NCBI GenBank assembly: GCA_964390145.1
Contig: CAYMHB010000002.1
Coordinates: forward strand, 33,714-97,713
DNA: 64,000 bases
DNA from: an uncultured Oscillospiraceae bacterium
GTDB taxonomy: Bacteria > Bacillota > Clostridia > UMGS1883
Reading direction: 5' to 3'
The notes below the pieces were generated by a model. The model did no database searches. It was not told the origin of the DNA and was given only the letters and a program-made list of their open reading frames with translations. A program made the position numbers and the translations under genes. This document shows, one piece after another, positions 1 through 10,000 of this stretch (the stretch's first letter is position 1; each line of letters opens with the position of its first letter).

Positions 1-2
1 CC

Positions 3-206
3 TACAACAGTGACAGAAAGAGAATCTATTACAAAGATTCAAAAGGCGAATGGAATGAGACTTCTTATAATTCCTTCGGATTGCAGGAGTTTTATAAGGA
101 TCACACAGGCGCATGGAAAAAATACACCTACGACGAAAACGGAAACCGCACACTTATAGAAAACAGTGACGGTTCATGGGAAAAATATATTACAATCATA
201 AAATAA
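3..206 (+). CDS. 3' end of a CDS entering from upstream; YD/RHS-like repeat C-terminus
   Basis: The frame is open from the window edge to TAA at 204-206. The translation ...YKDSKGEWNETSYNSFG..AWKKYTYDENGNRTLIENSDGSWEKYITIIK contains short YD-repeat-like units. A hairpin terminator follows. Confidence 0.4.
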   Translation, partial: YNSDRKRIYYKDSKGEWNETSYNSFGLQEFYKDHTGAWKKYTYDENGNRTLIENSDGSWEKYITIIK

Positions 207-212
207 TAAAAG

Positions 213-242
213 AGCGCACCCTCTCTCGGGGGTGCGCTTTTA
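213..242 (+). terminator. Rho-independent terminator of the upstream partial CDS
   Basis: AGCGCACCC / GGGTGCGCT stem followed by a T-run. Confidence 0.6.
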
Positions 243-399
243 TTGTTCATTTTGTTTATAATATATATCATATTTTTTCAAATTTTGTCAATTTTCCTCT
301 TTACTATCTACTAATATATATGGTATAATATATTGAATTATGCCGTGCGCTTATTTCTATTATATTTATGCACAAAAAAACGCGCTCAAAATACGGGTT

Positions 400-428
400 T
401 TGAAAATTTTCAGAATTTTTATGCAAAA
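400..428 (+). promoter_or_regulatory. ARG-box-like operator pair (putative ArgR/AhrC site) upstream of argC
   Basis: Palindrome TGAAAATTTTCA (400-411) is followed by TCAGAATTTTTATGCAAAA. This resembles the TNTGAATWWWWATTCANW ARG box. The block recurs nearly identically upstream of argG. Confidence 0.45.
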
Positions 429-431
429 CTA

Positions 432-460
432 TTGCATATTTATACATTTTGAGTTATAAT
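432..460 (+). promoter_or_regulatory. Sigma-A type promoter for the argC operon
   Basis: TTGCAT (432-437), 17-bp spacer, TATAAT (455-460), about 35 nt before argC. Confidence 0.55.
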
Positions 461-495
461 GTTTAAAACCCGAATTTTATTGGAGAGATTAAACT

Positions 496-1428
496 ATGAA
501 AAAAGTATTCATCGACGGCAGCGCCGGAACAACCGGGCTACGCATATTGGAAAGGCTTTCAAAAAGAAGTGATATAGAGCTTATAAGGCTTCCCGAGGAG
601 CTTCGTAAGGATAGCGAGGCAAGAAAGAAGGCTCTTAACGAATGTGATATTGCGTTCCTTTGTCTTCCCGACGCGGCGGCAATAGAAGCAGTTAGTATGA
701 TTGAAAACGAAAATGTAGTTGTTCTTGATACGTCTACTGCGCATAGAACTAATGACGAATGGGCATACGGCTTTCCGGAGCTTTCAGAAGAGCATTTTGA
801 AAAAGTTAAATCAGCAAAGAGAATTGCTGTTCCCGGTTGTCACGCAAGCGGATTTATCGCTCTCATCTATCCTCTTATTGAAAAGGGTATTCTAAGCCGC
901 GATGCACTTCTTACCTGTCACAGTATTACGGGATACAGCGGCGGCGGAAAGAGTATGATTGCACAGTATGAAGATAGCGAGAGAGATACTCTCCTTGATT
1001 CTCCCCGTCAGTATAAGCTTGACCAAAGGCACAAGCATCTCCCTGAAATGCTGAAGGTTACAGGGCTTGAAAACGCTCCCATCTTCTGCCCTATCGTTTC
1101 TGATTTTTACAGCGGTATGGTTGTGACAATCCCCGTATTCAAAAGCCAGCTTAACGACGGGTTCGGCATTGAAGATATAAAAAATGCTTACAAAGAAAAG
1201 TACACAGGAAATATTGTTGCATATCAAGATTCCATCAGAGAAGAAGGTCTTATAAGCGCAAATGCACTTTCCTTCAAGGACTCAATGCAGGTAACAGTTG
1301 AAGGAAATGAGGACAGAATTCTTCTTATCGCAAGATATGACAACCTCGGCAAAGGTGCTTCGGGCGCGGCGCTTGAATGTATGAATATCGTAATGGGCGA
1401 GTCTCCCTCGCAGATGCTTGATATCTAA
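496..1428 (+). CDS. argC: N-acetyl-gamma-glutamyl-phosphate reductase (short form)
   Basis: 310 aa. N-terminal Rossmann GSAGTTG, active-site PGCHASG, and arg operon context. Confidence 0.92.
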   Translation: MKKVFIDGSAGTTGLRILERLSKRSDIELIRLPEELRKDSEARKKALNECDIAFLCLPDAAAIEAVSMIENENVVVLDTSTAHRTNDEWAYGFPELSEEHFEKVKSAKRIAVPGCHASGFIALIYPLIEKGILSRDALLTCHSITGYSGGGKSMIAQYEDSERDTLLDSPRQYKLDQRHKHLPEMLKVTGLENAPIFCPIVSDFYSGMVVTIPVFKSQLNDGFGIEDIKNAYKEKYTGNIVAYQDSIREEGLISANALSFKDSMQVTVEGNEDRILLIARYDNLGKGASGAALECMNIVMGESPSQMLDI

Positions 1429-1443
1429 GAAAGGATGTTTATC

Positions 1444-2667
1444 ATGTTTAATATAATAGAAGGCGGTATATGTGCACCTCAGGGATTTAGTGCAAACGGT
1501 ATTCATTGCGGAATCCGTAAAAATCGTACAAAGCGCGATATTGCTCTTATTGTGAGTGATGTTCCCGCTGCTGCCGCTGCTACATATACAACAAACCTTG
1601 TTAAGGGTGCTCCCCTTACTGTGACAAAGGCAAACATCGCTGACGGTTATGCAAGAGCAGTAATCTGCAACAGCGGTAACGCAAACACATGTAACGCTGA
1701 CGGTATTGAAGTGGCTGAAAAAATGTGCTCACTCGTAGCGGACGAACTCGGTATAGATGCAAAAGATGTTATAGTGGCATCAACGGGCGTTATCGGACAG
1801 AAGCTTGATATTGAGCCAATTAAAGATGGACTTCCCGAGCTTGCAAAAGGTCTTGGAAACAGCGCCGAGCACAGCGATTATGCGTCCGAGGGCATTCTTA
1901 CAACAGATACTGTGAAAAAAGAAATCGCAGTAAGCTTTACAATCGGCGGCAAGGAATGTAAAATCGCAGGTATTGCCAAGGGCAGCGGTATGATTCATCC
2001 GAATATGGCTACAATGCTCGTATTCATTACAACCGATGCGGCTATTTCCCCCCCTATGCTTCAGAAGGCACTTTCAGAGGATATTAAAAAGACATTCAAC
2101 ATGGTTAGTGTTGACGGCGATACATCCACAAACGATATGGTGTCCGTAATGGCTAACGGTCTTGCAGGAAACAAGATGATTGAAACAGATGGTGAAGATT
2201 TTGAAATCTTTGCCAAAGCGCTTAATACAGTTACAGTTTACCTGTGCAAAATGATTGCAGGCGACGGCGAAGGCGCTACAAAGATGCTCGAATGTACAGT
2301 CAACGGTGCAAAGGACGAAAAATGTGCAAAGGCAGTTGCAAAGTCTGTTATCTGTTCATCACTTCTCAAGGCGGCAATGTTTGGTGCCGATGCTAACTGG
2401 GGCAGAGTTCTTTGTGCAATCGGCTACAGCGGTGCGGATGTTGATGTAAACAAAATTGATGTTTCCTTTTCTTCAAAGGAAGGCGAAATTGCAGTTTGCA
2501 AAAACGGTGCAGGAATTGATTTTTCTGAAGAAGTTGCGAAGAAGATACTTCTTGAAAAGGATATAAACATCTTAATTAACCTCAATGACGGAGACGAAAC
2601 TGCTACCGCATGGGGTTGCGACTTGACTTACGACTATGTGAAAATCAATGGAGATTATCGAACTTGA
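1444..2667 (+). CDS. argJ: Bifunctional ornithine acetyltransferase / N-acetylglutamate synthase
   Basis: ArgJ hallmarks are present: KGSGMIHPNMATML autoprocessing site and a C-terminal LTYDYVKINGDYRT. Start chosen at the ATG at 1444, with GAAAGGA upstream. Confidence 0.94.
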   Translation: MFNIIEGGICAPQGFSANGIHCGIRKNRTKRDIALIVSDVPAAAAATYTTNLVKGAPLTVTKANIADGYARAVICNSGNANTCNADGIEVAEKMCSLVADELGIDAKDVIVASTGVIGQKLDIEPIKDGLPELAKGLGNSAEHSDYASEGILTTDTVKKEIAVSFTIGGKECKIAGIAKGSGMIHPNMATMLVFITTDAAISPPMLQKALSEDIKKTFNMVSVDGDTSTNDMVSVMANGLAGNKMIETDGEDFEIFAKALNTVTVYLCKMIAGDGEGATKMLECTVNGAKDEKCAKAVAKSVICSSLLKAAMFGADANWGRVLCAIGYSGADVDVNKIDVSFSSKEGEIAVCKNGAGIDFSEEVAKKILLEKDINILINLNDGDETATAWGCDLTYDYVKINGDYRT

Positions 2668-2934
2668 TAAAAGAGAACAACTCAAATGAGGTTGTAAAAA
2701 AGTAGTGAAGAACGCACAAACTGAACCCGTAGGTGTATACAGATACTCCGCGTGGTGAAGTTTGCGCGTAACAAAACGCATAAAATTGAAATTCGCAACA
2801 GCGAATTTCTACATCAAAAATTCGAAGGCTCTTGTTAAATGTTTTAATAAAAGCACTTTTGATTTCTTGCTTTGCGTTTTGTGGTCGGTGCTGCTTTTTG
2901 ACGGCCTGAATACATTACATTGGAGGAACAAAAC

Positions 2935-3789
2935 ATGACAAACGCACAGAGAGCCGAAGTACTTACCCAGGCACTTCCCTACATTCAAAAATACAATAAT
3001 AAGATAATAGTTGTTAAATATGGCGGAAACGCTATGATTAACGACGAACTTAAAGATGCCGTTATGGGCGATATCGTTCTGATGTCTCTTATCGGTATTA
3101 AAGTTGTGCTTGTGCATGGCGGCGGTCCTGAAATTACACAGATGCTTAATCAGGTTGGCAAGAAGAGTGAGTTTGTCAATGGTCTTCGTGTTACAGATAA
3201 GGAAACTGTTGACATTGTACAGATGGTCCTTGCAGGTAAGGTTAACAAGAACCTTGTAAACCTTCTTCATAACAAGGGCGGAAACGCTATCGGTCTGTGC
3301 GGCATTGACGGACATATGATTGAGGCGGAAGTTCTTAATCCCGAACTTGGCTATGTAGGCGAAATAACAAATGTCAATGTTGCTCCTATTACCGATGTAC
3401 TTGAAAAGGGTTATATTCCCGTTATTTCTACAGTCGGCTGTGACAAGGAAGGTAATGTTTATAACATCAACGCTGATACTGCGGCTGCAAAAATCGCAGG
3501 AATACTCGGCGCTGAAAGTCTTATTTCCATGACAGATATTGAGGGTATTCTTCGTGATAAGGACGACCCCTCTACTCTTATTTCCAAAATCTATACTACT
3601 GAGGCACCTGCTCTTGTTGAGGAGGGTGTTATCTCCGGCGGTATGATTCCCAAGGTTGAGTGTTGTATTGACGCTATCAACAGTGGTGTAAGAAAGGTAT
3701 TTATAATCGACGGCAGAATTCCCCACTCCATACTTATCGAAACTTTGACCAATGAAGGTATCGGTACTATGTTCGTCCGTGGGGAGTAA
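2935..3789 (+). CDS. argB: Acetylglutamate kinase
   Basis: VVKYGGNAM and VLVHGGGPEI motifs. GGAGG RBS before the ATG at 2935. Confidence 0.94.
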   Translation: MTNAQRAEVLTQALPYIQKYNNKIIVVKYGGNAMINDELKDAVMGDIVLMSLIGIKVVLVHGGGPEITQMLNQVGKKSEFVNGLRVTDKETVDIVQMVLAGKVNKNLVNLLHNKGGNAIGLCGIDGHMIEAEVLNPELGYVGEITNVNVAPITDVLEKGYIPVISTVGCDKEGNVYNINADTAAAKIAGILGAESLISMTDIEGILRDKDDPSTLISKIYTTEAPALVEEGVISGGMIPKVECCIDAINSGVRKVFIIDGRIPHSILIETLTNEGIGTMFVRGE

Positions 3790-3862
3790 ATATAGGTATC
3801 ATTTACGGTGCGTAGAAAATATTTAACGCACCGTAATTTGGGATATATAAGGAGTTTTAGAA

Positions 3863-5026
3863 ATGAACACTTTTGAAAAAGACAAACAGTTTGTCGCTCC
3901 TACCTATGCGCGTTTTCCGCTTGAAATCACAGGCGGTAAGGGGGCAATCCTTACAGGTAGCGACGGCAAGGAATATATAGACCTCGGAAGCGGTATTGCG
4001 GTAAATACATTCGGTGCTCGTGACGATGAATGGGTAAATGCGGTAAAGGCACAGCTTGACAAGTTTGCACACACATCAAACCTTTACTACACATCGCCCT
4101 GCGCTGACCTCGCCGAAATGCTGTGTGCCCGTACCGGAATGAAAAATGTTTTCTTCTCCAATTCGGGTGCAGAGGCAAACGAAACCGCAATCAAGGCGGC
4201 AAGAAGATACGGTGCACTTAATAAGGGTACGGATTACTACACAATCATTACTCTTGAAAAGAGTTTCCACGGAAGAACGCATACAACTCTTGCGGCAACG
4301 GGTCAGGAAAATTTCCATAAGGAATTCCTTCCTCTTACGGAGGGCTTTGTTCACACTCCGCCCAATGATATTGAAAAGCTGCGCGAAGCAGTAAAAAACA
4401 ACAAATGCTGCGCGATAATGATTGAACTTGTTCAGGGCGAGGGTGGTGTAAATGCTCTTGAACGCGAATTTGTTGATGAAATTGCAAAGCTTTGCAAGGA
4501 AAACGATTTAATTCTTATCGCTGACGAAGTGCAGACAGGTAATGGCAGAACGGGTAAGCTTTACGCATATATGCACTACGGCATTACACCCGATGTTGTA
4601 TCTACTGCAAAGGGACTTGGCGGAGGTCTTCCACTCGGCGCTACGATGCTTGGCGAAAAAGTGAAAGATATTTTCACTCCCGGACTTAACGGCTCGACAT
4701 TCGGTGCAAACCCTGTTTGTTGCAGCGGTGCGATAAGTATTCTTGAAAGATTGACCGATGATTTCCTTGCCGAGGTTTCGAAAAAGGCACAACTTGTTCG
4801 CGATACCTTGTCGGGTGCGGAAGGAATCGAGGATATTTCGGGACTTGGCCTTATGATAGGCATTAAAACGGTTAAAGAGGCGAAGGAAGTTGTAAACTAC
4901 TGTATGGAGCACGGCGTACTTGTCCTTACAGCAAAAGACAGAGTAAGGCTTCTTCCCCCGCTTAACATAGAAACACAGTTGCTCTCAGAAGCACTTGAAA
5001 TTATTAAGGAGGCATGTAAATTATGA
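3863..5026 (+). CDS. argD: Acetylornithine aminotransferase (class III PLP)
   Basis: SNSGAEANE, DEVQTGNGRTGK and TAKGLGGG (PLP lysine) motifs. Its stop overlaps the argF start (ATGA). Confidence 0.9.
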   Translation: MNTFEKDKQFVAPTYARFPLEITGGKGAILTGSDGKEYIDLGSGIAVNTFGARDDEWVNAVKAQLDKFAHTSNLYYTSPCADLAEMLCARTGMKNVFFSNSGAEANETAIKAARRYGALNKGTDYYTIITLEKSFHGRTHTTLAATGQENFHKEFLPLTEGFVHTPPNDIEKLREAVKNNKCCAIMIELVQGEGGVNALEREFVDEIAKLCKENDLILIADEVQTGNGRTGKLYAYMHYGITPDVVSTAKGLGGGLPLGATMLGEKVKDIFTPGLNGSTFGANPVCCSGAISILERLTDDFLAEVSKKAQLVRDTLSGAEGIEDISGLGLMIGIKTVKEAKEVVNYCMEHGVLVLTAKDRVRLLPPLNIETQLLSEALEIIKEACKL

Positions 5027-5925
5027 AACACTTTCTGAAACTCGGAGATTTGAGCAAGGAAGAAATTGTAGAAATTCTCGACCTTGCGGATAAACTTAAA
5101 TATGAAAAGAGAAACGGTATTGAGCATCATCTTTTAAAGGGTAAGACTCTCGGTATGATTTTCCAGAAGTCTTCCACAAGAACACGTGTATCTTTTGAGG
5201 TTGGCATGTTTGACCTTGGCGGCAGCGCACTTTTCCTCAGTCCCAGAGACTTACAGATAGGTCGCGGTGAGGTTGTTCAGGATACTGCACGCGTGCTTTC
5301 AAGATTCCTTGACGGTATTATGATTCGTACTTTTGAACAGAAAGAGGTTGAGGATTTTGCCTCCTACGGCGATATCCCGATTATTAACGGTCTTACCGAC
5401 TACTGTCATCCCTGTCAGGTGCTTGCAGACCTTATGACAATCCGCGAAAAGAAGGGCAAACTTGAGGGACTTAAAATGTGTTTCGTCGGCGACGGTAACA
5501 ATATGGCAAACTCCCTTATTGTCGGCGGTATCAAGATGGGTATGGAAGTTTCAATCGCTTGTCCTGAGGGTTACGAGCCTGATGCCGAAATTATGAAGTG
5601 GGCAAAGGAAACAGGTAAATTCACCTGCACTCCCGATATATACGAAGCGGCAAAGGGTGCCGATGTTCTTTACACTGATGTATGGGCATCTATGGGTCAG
5701 GAAGAAGAATTTAATGAAAGAGCAATCATCTTTAAAGATTACCAGATAAATTCTGAACTTATGAAAGTTGCAAACGAGGGCGCGATGGTGCTTCACTGTC
5801 TCCCTGCGCACCGCGGAGAAGAAATCACTGCGGAAATTATCGAGCAGCACGCTGACGAAATTTTCGAAGAGGCAGAAAACAGACTTCATGCACAGAAAGC
5901 CGTTATGGTTAAGTTAATGGCATAA
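5023..5925 (+). CDS. argF: Ornithine carbamoyltransferase
   Basis: SSTRTRVSF, HPCQ, DVWASMG and HCLP motifs. Confidence 0.93.
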   Translation: MKHFLKLGDLSKEEIVEILDLADKLKYEKRNGIEHHLLKGKTLGMIFQKSSTRTRVSFEVGMFDLGGSALFLSPRDLQIGRGEVVQDTARVLSRFLDGIMIRTFEQKEVEDFASYGDIPIINGLTDYCHPCQVLADLMTIREKKGKLEGLKMCFVGDGNNMANSLIVGGIKMGMEVSIACPEGYEPDAEIMKWAKETGKFTCTPDIYEAAKGADVLYTDVWASMGQEEEFNERAIIFKDYQINSELMKVANEGAMVLHCLPAHRGEEITAEIIEQHADEIFEEAENRLHAQKAVMVKLMA

Positions 5926-5959
5926 TTTTTCTCTACACTATTTGGAAAGGCATGGTTTT

Positions 5960-7006
5960 ATGAAAGCATATTTGATTCTGGAAAACGGCAGTGTTTTCGA
6001 AGGCACACTAATCGGTGCCGAGAGCGAAACTGTCGGTGAAATAGTTTTCTCAACTACAATGGGAAGTTATATAGAAGCACTGACCGACCCCTCCTATTAC
6101 GGACAGATTCTCGTGCAGACATATCCCCTTATCGGTAACTACGGAATGATTTATTCCGATATGGAAAGCAATAAGATTCACGCGAAAGGTTATGTAGTGC
6201 GCGAGATGTGTGATATCCCTTCAAACTTCCGTTGCGAAGGAACTCTTGACAGTTTCCTTAAGGAGCAGGGTATTGTGGGAATATGCGGTATCGACACACG
6301 TGAAATCACAAAGATTATCCGCGAAGAAGGTACAATGGCAGCGCGCATCACAACAAAGGCTCCTGATGGAGAAAAGATTACACTTCCTGAAATTAAGGAC
6401 GCTGTGGGCGAAGTTTCCACGAAGGAAAAATACACAGTTGGTGAAGGAAATGTTAAAATCGCACTTCTTGACCTTGGTACAAAGAAGAGTGTTGTGAACA
6501 TCCTTTCAGCGCGCGGAGCAAGTGTGGATGTTCTTCCCTTCACTACAAAGGCAGACGAACTTTTAAAATACGATGCGATATATCTTTCAGACGGTCCGGG
6601 AAATCCCGATAACTGCAAAGATATCGCAGAAGAAATCAAAAAGGTATTTGGAAAGAAACCCATTCTTGCAACGGGACTTGGTCACGAGCTTCTCGCGATG
6701 GCAAACGGTGCAAAGTGTGAAAAACTCCACCACGGACACCACGGCGCAAATCAGCCTGTAAAGCAGATTGAAAGCGGACGAGTTTATATAACTGCGCAGA
6801 ATCATAACTACGCAGTTGTGAGCAATACTCTCCCCGACTTTGCAAAGGTTACTTACGAAAACCTTAACGACAAGAGTGTTGAGGGTATCGAATACATTGG
6901 AAAGAACGCCGTTTCCGTTCAGTTTGCTCTTATCGAGGGCGAAGGTCCTAACGAAACAGGTTTTATTTATGACAAATATTTCGAAATGATTGGAGGTAAG
7001 CACTAA
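5960..7006 (+). CDS. carA: Carbamoyl-phosphate synthase small (glutaminase) subunit
   Basis: CarA N-domain plus a class-I amidotransferase domain. Its stop TAA overlaps the carB ATG by 1 nt. Confidence 0.92.
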   Translation: MKAYLILENGSVFEGTLIGAESETVGEIVFSTTMGSYIEALTDPSYYGQILVQTYPLIGNYGMIYSDMESNKIHAKGYVVREMCDIPSNFRCEGTLDSFLKEQGIVGICGIDTREITKIIREEGTMAARITTKAPDGEKITLPEIKDAVGEVSTKEKYTVGEGNVKIALLDLGTKKSVVNILSARGASVDVLPFTTKADELLKYDAIYLSDGPGNPDNCKDIAEEIKKVFGKKPILATGLGHELLAMANGAKCEKLHHGHHGANQPVKQIESGRVYITAQNHNYAVVSNTLPDFAKVTYENLNDKSVEGIEYIGKNAVSVQFALIEGEGPNETGFIYDKYFEMIGGKH

Positions 7007-10000
7007 TGCCTAAGAATAAAGACATCAAAAAGGTTCTCGTTATTGGCTCAGGTCCTATTGTAATCGGACAGGCTGCAGAGTTTGACTACGCAGGCGCGCA
7101 GGCATGCCGAGTGCTTCGTGATGAGGGCGTAAATATTGTCCTTGTTAACTCCAACCCTGCTACAATTATGACAGACAAGGCGCTCGCAGATGAAATTTAT
7201 CTTGAGCCGCTTACAACAGATACAATCAAGAGAATTATTGAAAAGGAACGTCCCGACAGTCTCCTTGCATCACTTGGCGGACAGACAGGTCTTACAATTG
7301 CGATGCAGCTTGATAAGGAAGGCTATCTTGACAAAATGGGCGTAAAGCTCATTGGTACAAACGCCGAAGCGATTGACCGTGCAGAAGACCGTGAGCTTTT
7401 CAAGGAAACAATGCTCAAAATCGGTCAGAGCTGTATTCCGTCCGATATCGCAACAACTGTTGACGATTCTCTTGCAATTGCAGAAAAAATCGGTTACCCC
7501 GTAATCGTACGTCCTGCTTTCACGCTCGGTGGTGCAGGCGGCGGTGTTGCATATGACCGCGACACGCTTGCAAAAATTGCAAATAATGGTCTTACACTTT
7601 CGCCCATTACTCAGGTACTTATTGAAAAGTACATCTACGGATGGAAAGAAGTAGAATTTGAAGTTATGCGCGACCACGCAGGGAACGCAATCACAATCTG
7701 CTCTATGGAAAATGTTGACCCCGTTGGTATTCATACGGGCGACAGTATCGTTGTTGCTCCTGCGGCTACACTTTCTGATAAAGAGTATTCAATGCTCAGA
7801 AAGGCAGCACTTGACATTATTACCGAACTCAAGATTGAAGGTGGATGTAACTGTCAGTTCGCACTTAATCCCGATAGTTTTGAATATGCAGTTATTGAGG
7901 TTAACCCCCGTGTTTCCCGTTCGTCTGCTCTTGCAAGTAAGGCGACAGGTTACCCGATTGCAAAGGTTACTACAAAAATTGCTCTCGGTTATACACTTGA
8001 CGAAATTAAAAACGACGTTACCGGCGTGACTTATGCTTGTTTCGAGCCTGCCGTTGACTATATGGTTGTTAAGTTCCCCAAGTGGCCGTTTGACAAGTTT
8101 GTGTATGCCGACAGAAAACTCGGTACACAGATGAAGGCAACGGGTGAGGTAATGTCTATCGGCAATTCCTTTGAATCTGCTCTTATGAAGGCTATAAGAG
8201 GTGCAGAGCTTAAGACAGAAACTCTTTTCCACAAGGAAGTTCACGCAATAGAAGATATCGAAAAGAAACTTTACGACCTTGACGACCTTCGTATATTTAC
8301 TGTTTATGAAGCGCTTGTAAGAGGAATATCCGTTGACAGAATCAACGAAATTACACGTATTGACAAGTGGTTCCTTTCAAAGATTAAAAATATCGTTGAT
8401 TATGAAAAGAGCATCCTTGGAAATCTTACCGAAGAACTTTATGAAAAGGGTAAAAAGCTTGGCTTTACAGACAAGGCACTTGAGGAAATCAGTGGATGCA
8501 AGGTTCCCACTCACAAAAACTGTGTTTACAAGATGGTTGACACCTGCGGCGGCGAATTTGCCGCAAAGACACCTTACTTCTATTCAACATATGACGAAAA
8601 GTGTGAAGCAAGAGCAGTTTCTACCAATAATAAAAAGGTTATCGTTTTGGGCTCAGGTCCTATCAGAATCGGTCAGGGTATCGAGTTTGACTACTCCTCC
8701 GTTCATTGTGTATGGGCGCTCAAGGATATGGGTTACGAGGTTATTATCATAAATAACAACCCCGAAACTGTTTCAACAGACTTTGACACAGCGGACAGGC
8801 TTTATTTTGAGCCGCTTACTCCCGAAGATGTAATGAACGTTATCGAGGTTGAAAAACCTGAGGGCGTTGTTGTTGCATTCGGCGGACAGACTGCAATCAA
8901 ACTTGTTAAGTTCCTTGACGAAAGCGGTATCAAAATCCTCGGTACATCTGCAAAGAGTATTGATATGGCAGAAGACCGCGAGCAGTTTGACGCGCTCCTT
9001 GAAAAGTTCAACATCAAGAGACCCAGCGGTCTTTCTGTAATGACGAAAGAAGAGGCTCTTTCCGCGGCAGAAACACTTGGTTATCCCGTTCTGCTTCGTC
9101 CTTCATATGTAATCGGCGGTCAGAATATGACAATCGCTTATAAGGAAGAAGATGTTGTGCAGTATATGGACATCATCCTCGCGCAGAAGATTGAAAACCC
9201 CGTACTCGTAGATAAATATATGATGGGCAAGGAACTTGAAGTTGATATCATAAGCGACGGCAAAGATGTTCTTATCCCCGGTATTATGGAACACGTTGAG
9301 CGTGCAGGCGTGCACAGCGGCGACTCCATCGCCGTATATCCCCCGTTCAATGTAACCGACAAAATGCTTGACAAAATTGTTGACTGCTCAACAAAACTTG
9401 CTCTTTCTCTTAAGACGCAGGGACTTATCAACATTCAGTATGTTATATATGATAACGAACTTTACGTTATCGAGGTTAACCCCCGTGCATCAAGAACAGT
9501 TCCCTATATCAGCAAGGTAACGGGTATCCCCATGATTGACCTTGCTACACAGGTTATGCAGGGCGCACCCCTTCTTTCCCTCGGATACGGAAGCGGACTT
9601 TACAAGATGCCTCCCTACTACGCAGTTAAGGTTCCCGTATTCTCGTTTGAAAAACTTTCGGGCATCAACTCAATTCTCGGTCCTGAAATGAAATCTACAG
9701 GCGAGGTACTCGGTATCGGTAAAACTCTTAATGAAGCACTTTACAAGGGACTTATGGCGGCAGGTTTCAACCTTGAAAGCCGCGGCGGAGTATATATCAG
9801 CGTTGATTCGAAGGATAAGTACGACCTTATCGAGCTTGCAAAGAAACTCCACGATGCAGGTCTTGAACTCTATGCCGATGAAATGAATGCGCTCATCATT
9901 GACTCTCTCGGTATCCCCGTTGAAACTGTTGACGGAGAAAAGATTTACTCACTTATCGAAAGTGAAAAGGTTGGTTATATAATCCACACCAATTCAGGTC

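Noticed and set aside
2809-3726. 305-aa ORF antisense to argB. Similar long antisense ORFs occur at 11370-12062, 12682-13227, 31644-32717, 45967-46629, 53408-54106 and 57871-58479.
   Set aside because: Each lies fully opposite a gene with unmistakable family motifs. Their translations are low-complexity (Cys/Phe/Asn/Ile-rich), lack RBSs and match no recognisable family. They look like typical shadow ORFs of AT-rich coding DNA.
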